In this document: positions 21,176 through 29,526 of the stretch, in pieces
How the letters are laid out: each line of letters opens with the position of its first letter
Position numbering within the stretch: position 1 is the first letter of the stretch
From: a virus
Taxonomy: Duplodnaviria > Caudoviricetes
Reading direction: 5' to 3' (one strand)
IMG/VR virus record: IMGVR_UViG_3300045952_000362
Coordinates: 628 to 64,627 of that record
Length of the DNA stretch: 64,000 nt
Position numbers and translations under genes: made by a program
Notes under the pieces: generated by a model
What the model was told of the DNA's origin: nothing
The model's database searches: none
The model's input: only the letters and a program-made list of their open reading frames with translations

Positions 21176-21780
21176 AAGTACTGCTACTGACCAAGACGTC
21201 AGAGTGGTGCCGTCGCGCGCACGCATTGATGCGCGATCGGTTCCCCGACCTGACGATTTTCGCCGGAGAGGCCGGCACGTTGCTCCCACCAGAGGTTTCG
21301 AAGTGGCGAGGCGATTTGATTCTGTCGTTCGTGTGTCCGTGGATTCTACCGGCAACGGTACTGGCGCACGCGGGACTGGCGATCAACTTCCACCCGGCTC
21401 CACCGGAGCATCCGGGCTTCGCCCCGTACTCGTGGGCGTTGTATGCGGGCGACGTCAACTACGGCATCACTGTGCATCATATGGTGCCGCGGGTGGACAC
21501 GGGTCTCATCATTCGAGTCGAACGGTTTCCGATCGACCCGTCACAGTCTGTCTACCAATTGCAGCAGCTCACAATGCATCACCTGCTGACGGCGTTGGAC
21601 GAGATGACCATCGCCGACTTCTACGTCTCGTCGGGCGATGAGTGGACCCGGACACCGCGCACGCGTCAGGATTTTGAAGTGCTGCGACATGTTCGCCATG
21701 AGATGGGCGAACGAGAAATCAATCGACGCATCCGTGCGTGTACGTATCCCGGTCGCCCCGGCGTGGAGGTGATCTCATGA
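21172..21780 (+). CDS. Formyltransferase (sugar N-formyltransferase-like)
   Basis: AINFHPAPPEHPG, YGITVHHM..VDTGLII (Formyl_trans_N motifs). Confidence 0.85.
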   Translation: MKVLLLTKTSEWCRRAHALMRDRFPDLTIFAGEAGTLLPPEVSKWRGDLILSFVCPWILPATVLAHAGLAINFHPAPPEHPGFAPYSWALYAGDVNYGITVHHMVPRVDTGLIIRVERFPIDPSQSVYQLQQLTMHHLLTALDEMTIADFYVSSGDEWTRTPRTRQDFEVLRHVRHEMGEREINRRIRACTYPGRPGVEVIS

Positions 21781-22298
21781 AGCACATCCTCGAACTCTGG
21801 GAGCACTTCAAAGAGACGGGCATCATCGGGGCGCCGACGACATGGTACGAGCCGATCGTCATGACCCGGGAGGAGAATCTTCGTCGCGGCCACAACACGC
21901 GTGTGGATGGATTCGTGAAACTCGAATGTGGCAACGGTCTGTGGATCGGTGAGAACGTTCACATCGCCTCGTTCTGCCACATCGGTGTCGGAGGCGGCCA
22001 CGTCATCATTGAAGACGGTGCGACATGCTCCAGCAGTGTGAAGCTGATCAGTGGTACGAGTGTGCACGAACTCGGACGTAGCTGCTCGGCCATCGCGCCG
22101 GACTTCAAAGCGGAGCGATCGTTCGTTCATTTGAAGAAAAACGCGTGCGTGTTCGCCGGAGTTATCGTCCTCCCAGGAATTACGATCGGCGAGAACGCCG
22201 TCGTGGGGGCCGGAGCGGTGGTCACGCAGGATGTACCGGACGGTGCGATCTATGCGGGCGTGCCGGCCCGTGTGCTCGCACGAAGGGAGGCTCTGTGA
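21777..22298 (+). CDS. Hexapeptide-repeat acyl/acetyltransferase
   Basis: VLPGITIGENAVVGAGAVVTQDVPDGAIYAGVPAR. Confidence 0.92.
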   Translation: MKHILELWEHFKETGIIGAPTTWYEPIVMTREENLRRGHNTRVDGFVKLECGNGLWIGENVHIASFCHIGVGGGHVIIEDGATCSSSVKLISGTSVHELGRSCSAIAPDFKAERSFVHLKKNACVFAGVIVLPGITIGENAVVGAGAVVTQDVPDGAIYAGVPARVLARREAL

Positions 22299-22981
22299 AG
22301 AACCTTCTCCTTTCGTACTGGCGTAATGACGCCGACCGTGACATCTGGACGCGGATGAATCACTTGCTGCTCAAGAAGGATGTGGAGCAGTTCATGTGGG
22401 TCGTCGGGGATTCGTCGGATGATACCGCAGCCATCTTGCACGAGGCCGCCGACATCGACTCTCGTGTGCTCGTACTTCACGCGGACAGCGGAATCAAAGG
22501 CGAGGACATCGATACGCGTCGTCGCCGGATCTCGCACACAGAAACGTTGGCGTACGGAACGATCGCCCACATGCCGGACATCGACTACGTGATCCAACAC
22601 GAGTCGGATCTTCGGTCGCCGGTCGACGTCGTCGCTCGGTTGTTGGCGTTGGCCGATGAGCGCACCGTCGTAGCGGGTTGGCCGATCTTGCATCTGCCGA
22701 GTGGCCCGGTGTTCTACGACATCTGGGCCTACCGTGGATTGGACGGCGATCCGTTCACAGGGTCAGCACCGTACCACGTTTCATATCGCGCTGACGAACC
22801 GTTTGAAGTCGGTGCGGTGGGCAGCGTGTGGCTCGGCCATCGCAAGCTGTGGGCCCACCGAGGCATCGAACGGGAGTGCTGTCTCGAGTTGTGCCGGCAG
22901 TGGCGTGCCGAGGGTGTGCGCATCCTCGTGGATCCGCGGATTGAAATCGAACAGCCGCGAGAACTGTGGGTGGTGTCATGA
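22295..22981 (+). CDS. GT-A-fold glycosyltransferase-like protein (paralog 1)
   Basis: GDSSDDT, HESDL, FYDIWAYR, EVGAVGS; shared with next gene. Confidence 0.65.
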   Translation: MKNLLLSYWRNDADRDIWTRMNHLLLKKDVEQFMWVVGDSSDDTAAILHEAADIDSRVLVLHADSGIKGEDIDTRRRRISHTETLAYGTIAHMPDIDYVIQHESDLRSPVDVVARLLALADERTVVAGWPILHLPSGPVFYDIWAYRGLDGDPFTGSAPYHVSYRADEPFEVGAVGSVWLGHRKLWAHRGIERECCLELCRQWRAEGVRILVDPRIEIEQPRELWVVS

Positions 22982-23682
22982 ACTTCGCGCTGATGTCTGC
23001 GTTCCGAAACAGCAGCGGGTTCCACACCAACCGTTATTTCCGGCAGGTGTCGCGACTGGCGAATGCGTTGGCGGCCCGTGGCGATGCGTTGCATCTGCGA
23101 TTGGTCTGGGGCGATTCGGTGGACGGCACCGGCCAGGAGCTCGAGAAGTACGCGACGGCGTTCGTCGGTACAAACGAGGTGCGGTCCTACAGTATCGTGG
23201 AGCGGTCACACGGCGGTCCCGTCTTCGGCAGTACGGAAGAGGCGGCCCGCATGAAGGCGTTGTCGTGGGTGGCGAACGGGGCGTTCGAATCCATCGGTGA
23301 CGACATCGATGTCGCGATGTGGGTGGAGTCCGACCTGCTGTGGGACCCGGCCACGATCGTTCGTCTCATCCATCGGCTGAGCGAAACCGATGTCGTGGCT
23401 CCGCTGATCTTCGCCGGGGAAGCTTTCTACGACATCTGGGGATTCCGTTCGAAGGATGGCACGCGGTTCGGTCCATTCTATCCGTACCACGAGTCGATGA
23501 AGTTCAACGGCGACGTGACCGAGGTTGGGTCGGTTGGTAGTTGTTTGGTGATGCGTGGAGAGGTAGCGCGGCAGTGTCGGATTCGTAACGACTACTGTCT
23601 CGTCGGGTTCTGTGAAGACGTTCGTGCCCACGGCTACGTGATCTCGGTCGACGGGCAGGAAAGGATTCAGCACCCCGCATGA
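22978..23682 (+). CDS. GT-A-fold glycosyltransferase-like protein (paralog 2)
   Basis: GDSVDGT, WVESDL, FYDIWGFR, EVGSVGSCLVM. Confidence 0.68.
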   Translation: MNFALMSAFRNSSGFHTNRYFRQVSRLANALAARGDALHLRLVWGDSVDGTGQELEKYATAFVGTNEVRSYSIVERSHGGPVFGSTEEAARMKALSWVANGAFESIGDDIDVAMWVESDLLWDPATIVRLIHRLSETDVVAPLIFAGEAFYDIWGFRSKDGTRFGPFYPYHESMKFNGDVTEVGSVGSCLVMRGEVARQCRIRNDYCLVGFCEDVRAHGYVISVDGQERIQHPA

Positions 23683-24569
23683 ATACCAAACTTCGCGTCT
23701 GCGCTCGCGCCCTCCCAGAGCATCTGTCGTTGGGCATTCATCGTGTCGCCAATGCGCTCATCCGGTACGCACCGGATTGGGTGAAACTCGTGGACGACCC
23801 GGACACGGCCGATCTCCGCATCGGTCACTGTATCGGAATCCAGGATATGGAAGCGTGGTGCGCCAAAGGCCCCTACGCTCTCGTGCAATACTGCCTGTTG
23901 ACGGGCGGGGGCTCTCGAGAGGAATGGGCGTCGCTGTGGAAGGGCGCACGGGCCGTCTGGAGCTACTACGATCTCAACGAGTTCCTGCGCCCACTGCGTG
24001 AGCAGTCGACGTGTGGATGCGGCGATGGGATCAACTTCTATCACGCACCGCTTGGTGTTGACACGTCGGTCTTCCGGCCGTCGATGCCGGCACGGAAACC
24101 GTTCCTGATTGGTACGTCCGGTTTCATCGCCGCGACGGAATCAGTTGAGGAATGTCACGAGGTCGTGAAGCGTCTCGGTCGCCGGCAGTTCCATCTCGGA
24201 CCGACGGAGATGGAACTGGGTGACGATGTAACCTACATGCTGCGCGTGCCCGACGCGGCCGTCGCGGACATGTGGAGCCAATGCACCTTCGTCGCCGGGC
24301 TGCGGCGCATCGAAGGCTTCGAGCTCCCCGTGCTGGAAGGCCTGGCATGCGGAGCCCGCCCGATCGTGTTTGATGCACCGCACTACTCCCAGTGGTTTGG
24401 GGAGCACGTGGAATACGTCCCCGAGGTGGCTCCGGCCGAACTCGTGGATGCGCTGATGGAGATAATGTCGAAGCCGGTACGACCCGTAACCCCGGCTGAG
24501 CGATCCCTCGTCGCTGCGACATTCGACTGGAAGAAACTGGTTGCGGGATTTTGGGAGGCCGTGCGATGA
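23679..24569 (+). CDS. GT-B (GT4-like) glycosyltransferase
   Basis: PLGVDTSVF, EGFELPVLEGLACG, FDWKK. Confidence 0.85.
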   Translation: MNTKLRVCARALPEHLSLGIHRVANALIRYAPDWVKLVDDPDTADLRIGHCIGIQDMEAWCAKGPYALVQYCLLTGGGSREEWASLWKGARAVWSYYDLNEFLRPLREQSTCGCGDGINFYHAPLGVDTSVFRPSMPARKPFLIGTSGFIAATESVEECHEVVKRLGRRQFHLGPTEMELGDDVTYMLRVPDAAVADMWSQCTFVAGLRRIEGFELPVLEGLACGARPIVFDAPHYSQWFGEHVEYVPEVAPAELVDALMEIMSKPVRPVTPAERSLVAATFDWKKLVAGFWEAVR

Positions 24570-25780
24570 AGGTTTTGTGGATTGGAGACGCCGTTGTGCA
24601 ATCGGGCTTTGCCCGCGTGACGCACAACATCGTGGGACGGTTGAAGACGCAGCACAAGTGTGACGTGCGGGTACTCGGGGTGAACTACAATGGAGATCCC
24701 CACCCGTATGACTATCCGATCTATCCGGCGCTGATCGGCGGAGACCCGTGGGGGATCCAACGAGTGCCGGGGGTCGTGCGCGACTTTCAGCCGGATGTGA
24801 TCTGCATCAACAACGATCCGTGGAACGTGGCGCAGTACCTGTCGGTGATCCGCACCGCGGTGCCGACGACTGCGTACATGCCTGTCGATGCGCCGAATCA
24901 AATGCATGCCGGCGAGCTCAGCGTCATGCCGCGAGCGATCGCGTACACCAACTTCGGAAAGAAGGAGTTGTTGCTCGGCGGCTACAACGGGCGCGTCGAT
25001 GTGATCCCGCACGGAGTGGACACGGAGATCTACAAGCCGGTCGAAGATCGCGTCACGGCCCGCAAGTGGCTCGAGTTCCAACCGAAGCTGACGGACGAGC
25101 AGATCGGCAACCTGTTCATCGTGTCGAACGTGAACCGGAACCAGCCGCGCAAGCGCTTGGATCTCACCATCCAGTACTTCACGCAGTTCTGGTTGAACAT
25201 CGGACAGCCGTCGCACGTGCGCCTGCATCTGCATTGCGGCGAGCACGACATGGGCTGGAACGTGTCACAGCTCGCGAAGTACTTCGGGATCAACAAGCAG
25301 CTGATCATCACGACTCCGAAGATGTCGTTGCAAGCGTGCATCAAGGAGCACGAGCTTCGACTCGTGTACGGAATGGCGGATGTCAATCTCAGCACCACGC
25401 TCGGCGAGGGCTGGGGCCTGACGACGCACGAGAGCATGGCGTGCGGAATCCCGCAGATCGTACCACGTTACTCGGCGCTCGGCGAATGGCCGGACGGGGC
25501 GGTGCGCTACGTGGAGTGCACGTCGTTCCAAGCCACGCACAACGCGGTCAACACCATCGGTGGAGTCGCCGACATGGCGCAGACCGTTGAGGCGCTGACC
25601 GATCTCTATCGCAATGCCGACCTGCGAACGAAGCTGGGGTCGGCCGCACTGGCTCGTGCGACGGAAGAGCGGTTCAAGTGGGACAAGATCGCCGCGCAGT
25701 TCTACGTCGCACTGGCGGAGACCTTCAACGAGCGACGCGCAGCACCAGTAGGGGTGGAGGCTCCCCGATCCAATGGTTAG
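24566..25780 (+). CDS. GT4-family glycosyltransferase
   Basis: SGFARV, IPHGVDTEIY, NRNQPRKR, GEGWGLTTHESMACGIP. Confidence 0.92.
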   Translation: MKVLWIGDAVVQSGFARVTHNIVGRLKTQHKCDVRVLGVNYNGDPHPYDYPIYPALIGGDPWGIQRVPGVVRDFQPDVICINNDPWNVAQYLSVIRTAVPTTAYMPVDAPNQMHAGELSVMPRAIAYTNFGKKELLLGGYNGRVDVIPHGVDTEIYKPVEDRVTARKWLEFQPKLTDEQIGNLFIVSNVNRNQPRKRLDLTIQYFTQFWLNIGQPSHVRLHLHCGEHDMGWNVSQLAKYFGINKQLIITTPKMSLQACIKEHELRLVYGMADVNLSTTLGEGWGLTTHESMACGIPQIVPRYSALGEWPDGAVRYVECTSFQATHNAVNTIGGVADMAQTVEALTDLYRNADLRTKLGSAALARATEERFKWDKIAAQFYVALAETFNERRAAPVGVEAPRSNG

Positions 25781-26018
25781 ATTCACACGACACTACGGCA
25801 AGTACAACAAGGACGAGACGGCGACCTTCTCGCCGGACCACGAAAAGTGGTTGATCAAACAGAAGTACGTCGTTGAAGTGGAGGCACCCGTGGCGAAGAG
25901 CACCAGCACCGATCCGAAGGGCGGCCCGCAACCGCCCGCAAACCAGCCAGGGACGAAGGATCCTGGCCAGCCGCAGACCCGGCAGACCACCGTCGGACCG
26001 CAGCGAAGCGGTCGTTAA
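25773..26018 (+). CDS. Small head-associated hypothetical protein
   Basis: Short YNKDETATF domain plus Pro/Thr-rich tail. Confidence 0.55.
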   Translation: MVRFTRHYGKYNKDETATFSPDHEKWLIKQKYVVEVEAPVAKSTSTDPKGGPQPPANQPGTKDPGQPQTRQTTVGPQRSGR

Positions 26019-26210
26019 TGGCGGGGGCCGGGGCCGCCTTGCCCGCCTGCAGGCGTTAAGGGGGTGGGCAAGGCCCCCGGTTCCCTCGTTGGGGCCGGTG
26101 TAGGGGCGTTAATGGTCGGCTTCCCGGCGTGCAGCCGGGGCCGGGAGAGCGGGAACGGACGGCCGGGAGACGGCCGGGGGGACGGACGGGGCCGGGGGCC
26201 AGAGGGCAGC
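26011..26210. repeat. GC-rich phased island 2
   Basis: A/T steps at about 26017, 26039, 26049, 26058, 26070, 26081, 26090, 26101, 26110, 26121, 26131; contains GGGGCGTTAATGG. Confidence 0.8.
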
Positions 26211-26212
26211 AC

Positions 26213-27109
26213 ATGAACATTCAGGTTGTTGAGGGGCCGCGCACGACGTGGTTCACCACACTGCGGCGAGTGAAAGGCGAACTGGGCATCACCAGCGATG
26301 CGCAGGACGAACGTTTGTCCGCGCTGATCGGCGAGGTGTCCGACGACATCGCCGAGTTCACCATGCGTCCGTGGGCACGACAGTCCGTGACCGAACGCTT
26401 GGTCGGCTACGGCACAACGCAAAGCACGCTCAGCATCACACCGATCGCGGAGCGGCCGTCCGAAGTACGGTACTACGACACGGCGGTATCGGGCTACTCG
26501 GTCGCCGATGCCGAAGCCGGATTCATTATTCGTCCCGATCGCTTCGCCGAGACGCGTCCGTACACCACGTGGGTCAACACGGACCCCGACGTCGCGTCAC
26601 AGGGCGAGCGTGCGTGGGCGTTCGATTACATCGGCGGCTATTTAATGCCGGGCGACGACATGCTCCCCAGCGGTATCATGTCCGCGCTCGCGGTGGACAG
26701 CTCGTTCAATCTGACGGGTGTCGATACGATGGAGACACGATTTCCATTGCTCGTCTCTGGCGAGTACGTGGTCGTGGCCGGATTCTCGATCTCCGGGAAC
26801 AATGGACGGTTCCGTGTCCTGAGTCGCACGCCATCGAAGCTCGTGGTCGCCGGCACGCTCGTGGATGAAATGCCGAGCGGTGTCCTGTCGCTGCGATGCC
26901 GCACGTTGCCGCGCAATCTCGAGGGCTACGCGATCGAAGAGCTCCGTGCGCGATGGGATCGCGCCACACGGGATCCGTCGTTGACGTCTGAGCGCATCGG
27001 CGACTGGGGTGCGTCGTACGACAACCCGGCGAACAAGGATGCCGAGGGATTGGGCGGCCTGTCGCCACGTGTGGCACGCGGACTCGAACGTTACGTGAGG
27101 AATGAATAA
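26213..27109 (+). CDS. Head-tail connector/adaptor with inserted beta domain
   Basis: TTLRRVKGELGI..QDERLSALI, LTSERIGDWGASY, LERY; insert GEYVVVAGF..NNGRFRV. Confidence 0.75.
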   Translation: MNIQVVEGPRTTWFTTLRRVKGELGITSDAQDERLSALIGEVSDDIAEFTMRPWARQSVTERLVGYGTTQSTLSITPIAERPSEVRYYDTAVSGYSVADAEAGFIIRPDRFAETRPYTTWVNTDPDVASQGERAWAFDYIGGYLMPGDDMLPSGIMSALAVDSSFNLTGVDTMETRFPLLVSGEYVVVAGFSISGNNGRFRVLSRTPSKLVVAGTLVDEMPSGVLSLRCRTLPRNLEGYAIEELRARWDRATRDPSLTSERIGDWGASYDNPANKDAEGLGGLSPRVARGLERYVRNE

Positions 27110-27444
27110 TGAGTCGCGTCACGCACTTGTTGATCGACACGGTCTCGATCTACCGGGAGAGCGAACTCGAGAAAGGCCGGGGCCGGTGGCAGGACAATCT
27201 GGTGCCACTGGCGCTCAACATCCGTGGCCGCATCTGGACGATGTCTGCGCAGGAGCAGGTCGTTGGGCAGCAACGGAAAACGTACAACGCTCCGGTGGCC
27301 TATTTGGAACCGGATCAGGACGTAGCTCCGGAGGACTACATCGAGCGGAGCGGCGAATGGTATCGCGTGGTGGCGGTGACGCCTCCGTCGATCCCACATC
27401 ACAAACGACTCGTGCTTGAACTCATCATGCGAGGGTCGCTGTGA
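27109..27444 (+). CDS. Head closure (stopper) protein
   Basis: Position, size, DYIERSGEWYRVVAV. Confidence 0.7.
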   Translation: MSRVTHLLIDTVSIYRESELEKGRGRWQDNLVPLALNIRGRIWTMSAQEQVVGQQRKTYNAPVAYLEPDQDVAPEDYIERSGEWYRVVAVTPPSIPHHKRLVLELIMRGSL

Positions 27445-27842
27445 AGATCACGAAATGGAACGCCGACAAGGTCGAAGCGAAAGCGACGCAGATCATGGAG
27501 CGTCGTGTGGCCTTGGCGTCGGTCGTCGTGCAAGGCGAAGTGAAACGAAAACTCAACCGGAGCAACCGAGGGGGTACGGAACCTTCAGCTCCCGGTCAAC
27601 CGCCCAACAAGGGGAGCGGAGATTTACAACGCAGCATCTTTCAGGAGGTGACGAGAGTAGGCAAAATGGTGCACGGCTTCGTCGGCAGTCGATTGTTGAA
27701 GGCGCGAAGATTGGAACTAGGGTATGTGGGACGGGATCGGCTAGGTAGAACGGTGGATCAAAAGCCGCGTCCGTTCCTTCGGTCAACACTCGTGGAGCAG
27801 CGGGATCGGCTACGTTCGATTCTTCTCGGGGGCAAGAAATGA
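27441..27842 (+). CDS. HK97 gp10-like tail completion protein
   Basis: SAPGQPP..SGDLQRSI, LELG, PRPFLR. Confidence 0.8.
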   Translation: MKITKWNADKVEAKATQIMERRVALASVVVQGEVKRKLNRSNRGGTEPSAPGQPPNKGSGDLQRSIFQEVTRVGKMVHGFVGSRLLKARRLELGYVGRDRLGRTVDQKPRPFLRSTLVEQRDRLRSILLGGKK

Positions 27843-28264
27843 CGGCAGTGCAGAATGCGTTGTTCGATGCGATCTCAAACTTGGGGGCGGTGACCTCCTG
27901 GGCGAGCACGTATCGGGGGAAACCAGCCATCTTCACGCGCAGTCCAATCCCACCCCAGGTGGATGGGAACTATCTGGTCATTCGCGATTCGCTTGTGGAC
28001 GTGCCCGGCGTCGGTGAAACCAAAACGACGACGGGCCGGTTCGTGATGCACGACATCGGACTGTACAAGACCGAGGACGGCGACCCGTCCGACATCCAAG
28101 ACATGGCCGAGCTGGTGCGTGACACCTTGCATCGAAACCAGTTGGCGGTGTCTGGCTACGGCAATGCGTTGATTGTCAAAGCCATGGGACCGATTGAAGT
28201 CGACGAAGACCAAGTCTATGGGCGCATCGTAACGGTGTCGCTCGATTTGATCAAGGCTCAGTAG
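27839..28264 (+). CDS. Tail terminator (DUF3168-like)
   Basis: VQNALFDAI, AELVRDTLHRNQLAVSG; position before tail tube. Confidence 0.7.
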   Translation: MTAVQNALFDAISNLGAVTSWASTYRGKPAIFTRSPIPPQVDGNYLVIRDSLVDVPGVGETKTTTGRFVMHDIGLYKTEDGDPSDIQDMAELVRDTLHRNQLAVSGYGNALIVKAMGPIEVDEDQVYGRIVTVSLDLIKAQ

Positions 28265-28283
28265 GAGCAGAGGGAGAAGAGAA

Positions 28284-28706
28284 ATGAGTCCGACCCAGGG
28301 ACCGAACGGAGAGGTCAATGGATTTGACGTCATCGTGCAAGTGCAGGAGCCAGCGGGCACCGGCGACTATGTCACGATCGGCAGTCAGCGGGGTGTCACG
28401 TTCGGCGAGCAGACGAACGCGATCGACATCTCGTCCAAGGAACGACGCGAGGGCGTGTACCTGCCCGGCCGCTACACCAGCACGGTGCAGCTCGAGCATC
28501 TGTACATTCCGAGCGCGTCGGGATACACGAAGCTGAGGACCGCCATGCGCACTGGCACCTTCGTCCGCCTCAAGCGGAAGGAGCTCGGGAGCGATCACGA
28601 GGTTGCCAATGCCGTCATCACGGATCTTCAGAGCAGCATGCCCGACCAGGATGCGGCGGTCGTCTCCGCCAGCTTCCAGGTATCCGGCGCATGGGGCGCA
28701 CCGTAG
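28284..28706 (+). CDS. Major tail tube protein (TP901-1-like)
   Basis: TIGSQRGVTF, AIDISSKE, AVITDL, SASFQVSG. Confidence 0.85.
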   Translation: MSPTQGPNGEVNGFDVIVQVQEPAGTGDYVTIGSQRGVTFGEQTNAIDISSKERREGVYLPGRYTSTVQLEHLYIPSASGYTKLRTAMRTGTFVRLKRKELGSDHEVANAVITDLQSSMPDQDAAVVSASFQVSGAWGAP

Positions 28707-28740
28707 TTCTGTAACCGGGTAATTGTTAAGGAGGCCGACA

Positions 28741-29223
28741 ATGTCACTACCTGTAGAGCAAGTCACACTAGGTGGAAAGCAGTACCCCATCTGCTTCTCC
28801 TCCTCCGCGGTTATGCGACTGGAGAAGGAGACCGGGCAAACGTTACCACGCCTTGGTTTCCTTCTTCAGATCGGGCGCGGAGGTGTTCACATTATGACCT
28901 GCATGCTGTGGGCGGCCCTTGAAGGGGGTCGTCTGCGCACGAAGTCGAATCGCCCGGCGATGACAGTCGATGAGGTCGCGGATCTCGTCGATGCAACGGA
29001 CGGCGGCATGGCGGACGTTTGGCGCGAGCCCGACGACGGCACACGGCCGGTGTTCGACGCCGAGCAGAATCCCGTCATGGAAGGCGGGAAGCAGAAACGT
29101 GAACGCAACCCGGAAATTCAAATCGTGGAAGCGCATCCCGTGTTCGCCGCACTGCAAGAGGCGTTCAAGGCAGCGTTCCCGAAAGAACGCGAGGGGGACA
29201 AAGCACTAGCGGACCCTCGCTGA
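28741..29223 (+). CDS. Tail assembly chaperone G
   Basis: Between tail tube and tape measure; AVMRLEKETG. Confidence 0.75.
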   Translation: MSLPVEQVTLGGKQYPICFSSSAVMRLEKETGQTLPRLGFLLQIGRGGVHIMTCMLWAALEGGRLRTKSNRPAMTVDEVADLVDATDGGMADVWREPDDGTRPVFDAEQNPVMEGGKQKRERNPEIQIVEAHPVFAALQEAFKAAFPKEREGDKALADPR

Positions 29224-29525
29224 GACGCCCACCGACGTGGGACGAACTTCTGGACGCCTCGGCACTCGTGGGACTGTACGATGAGGAGTTCTGGAATCTG
29301 ACGCTGGCGGAAATCGATCGGAGGCACTGGGCGTTCCTTCGACACGCCAAGCAGGAGTCCGACGATCAAGTGACGACAGCATGGCTCGTGGCCGTGTTCT
29401 CGCGCCAGCGTCGGTTGCGTTCGTTGAACATGATCCTGAATCCCTTGGCCCGCAAGGTTGAGGGAGAAGAGAAAGCGCAATTGGATGCGCAGCACGCGGA
29501 CATGATCAAAGCGATGGAAGGGTGA
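29214..29525 (+). CDS. Tail assembly chaperone T segment (probable -1 frameshift fusion)
   Basis: -1 frame open across the G stop; WDELL..GLYDEEFWNLTLAE; no good RBS. Confidence 0.65.
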   Translation, partial: PSLRRPPTWDELLDASALVGLYDEEFWNLTLAEIDRRHWAFLRHAKQESDDQVTTAWLVAVFSRQRRLRSLNMILNPLARKVEGEEKAQLDAQHADMIKAMEG

Positions 29526-29526
29526 C

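Noticed and set aside
26011-26210. G-quadruplex or intrinsic terminator as sole explanation of the GC islands
   Set aside because: G-runs are present, but islands mix G and C runs, lack U tracts and show phased A/T steps and shared motifs that these models do not explain; G4 formation is not excluded.
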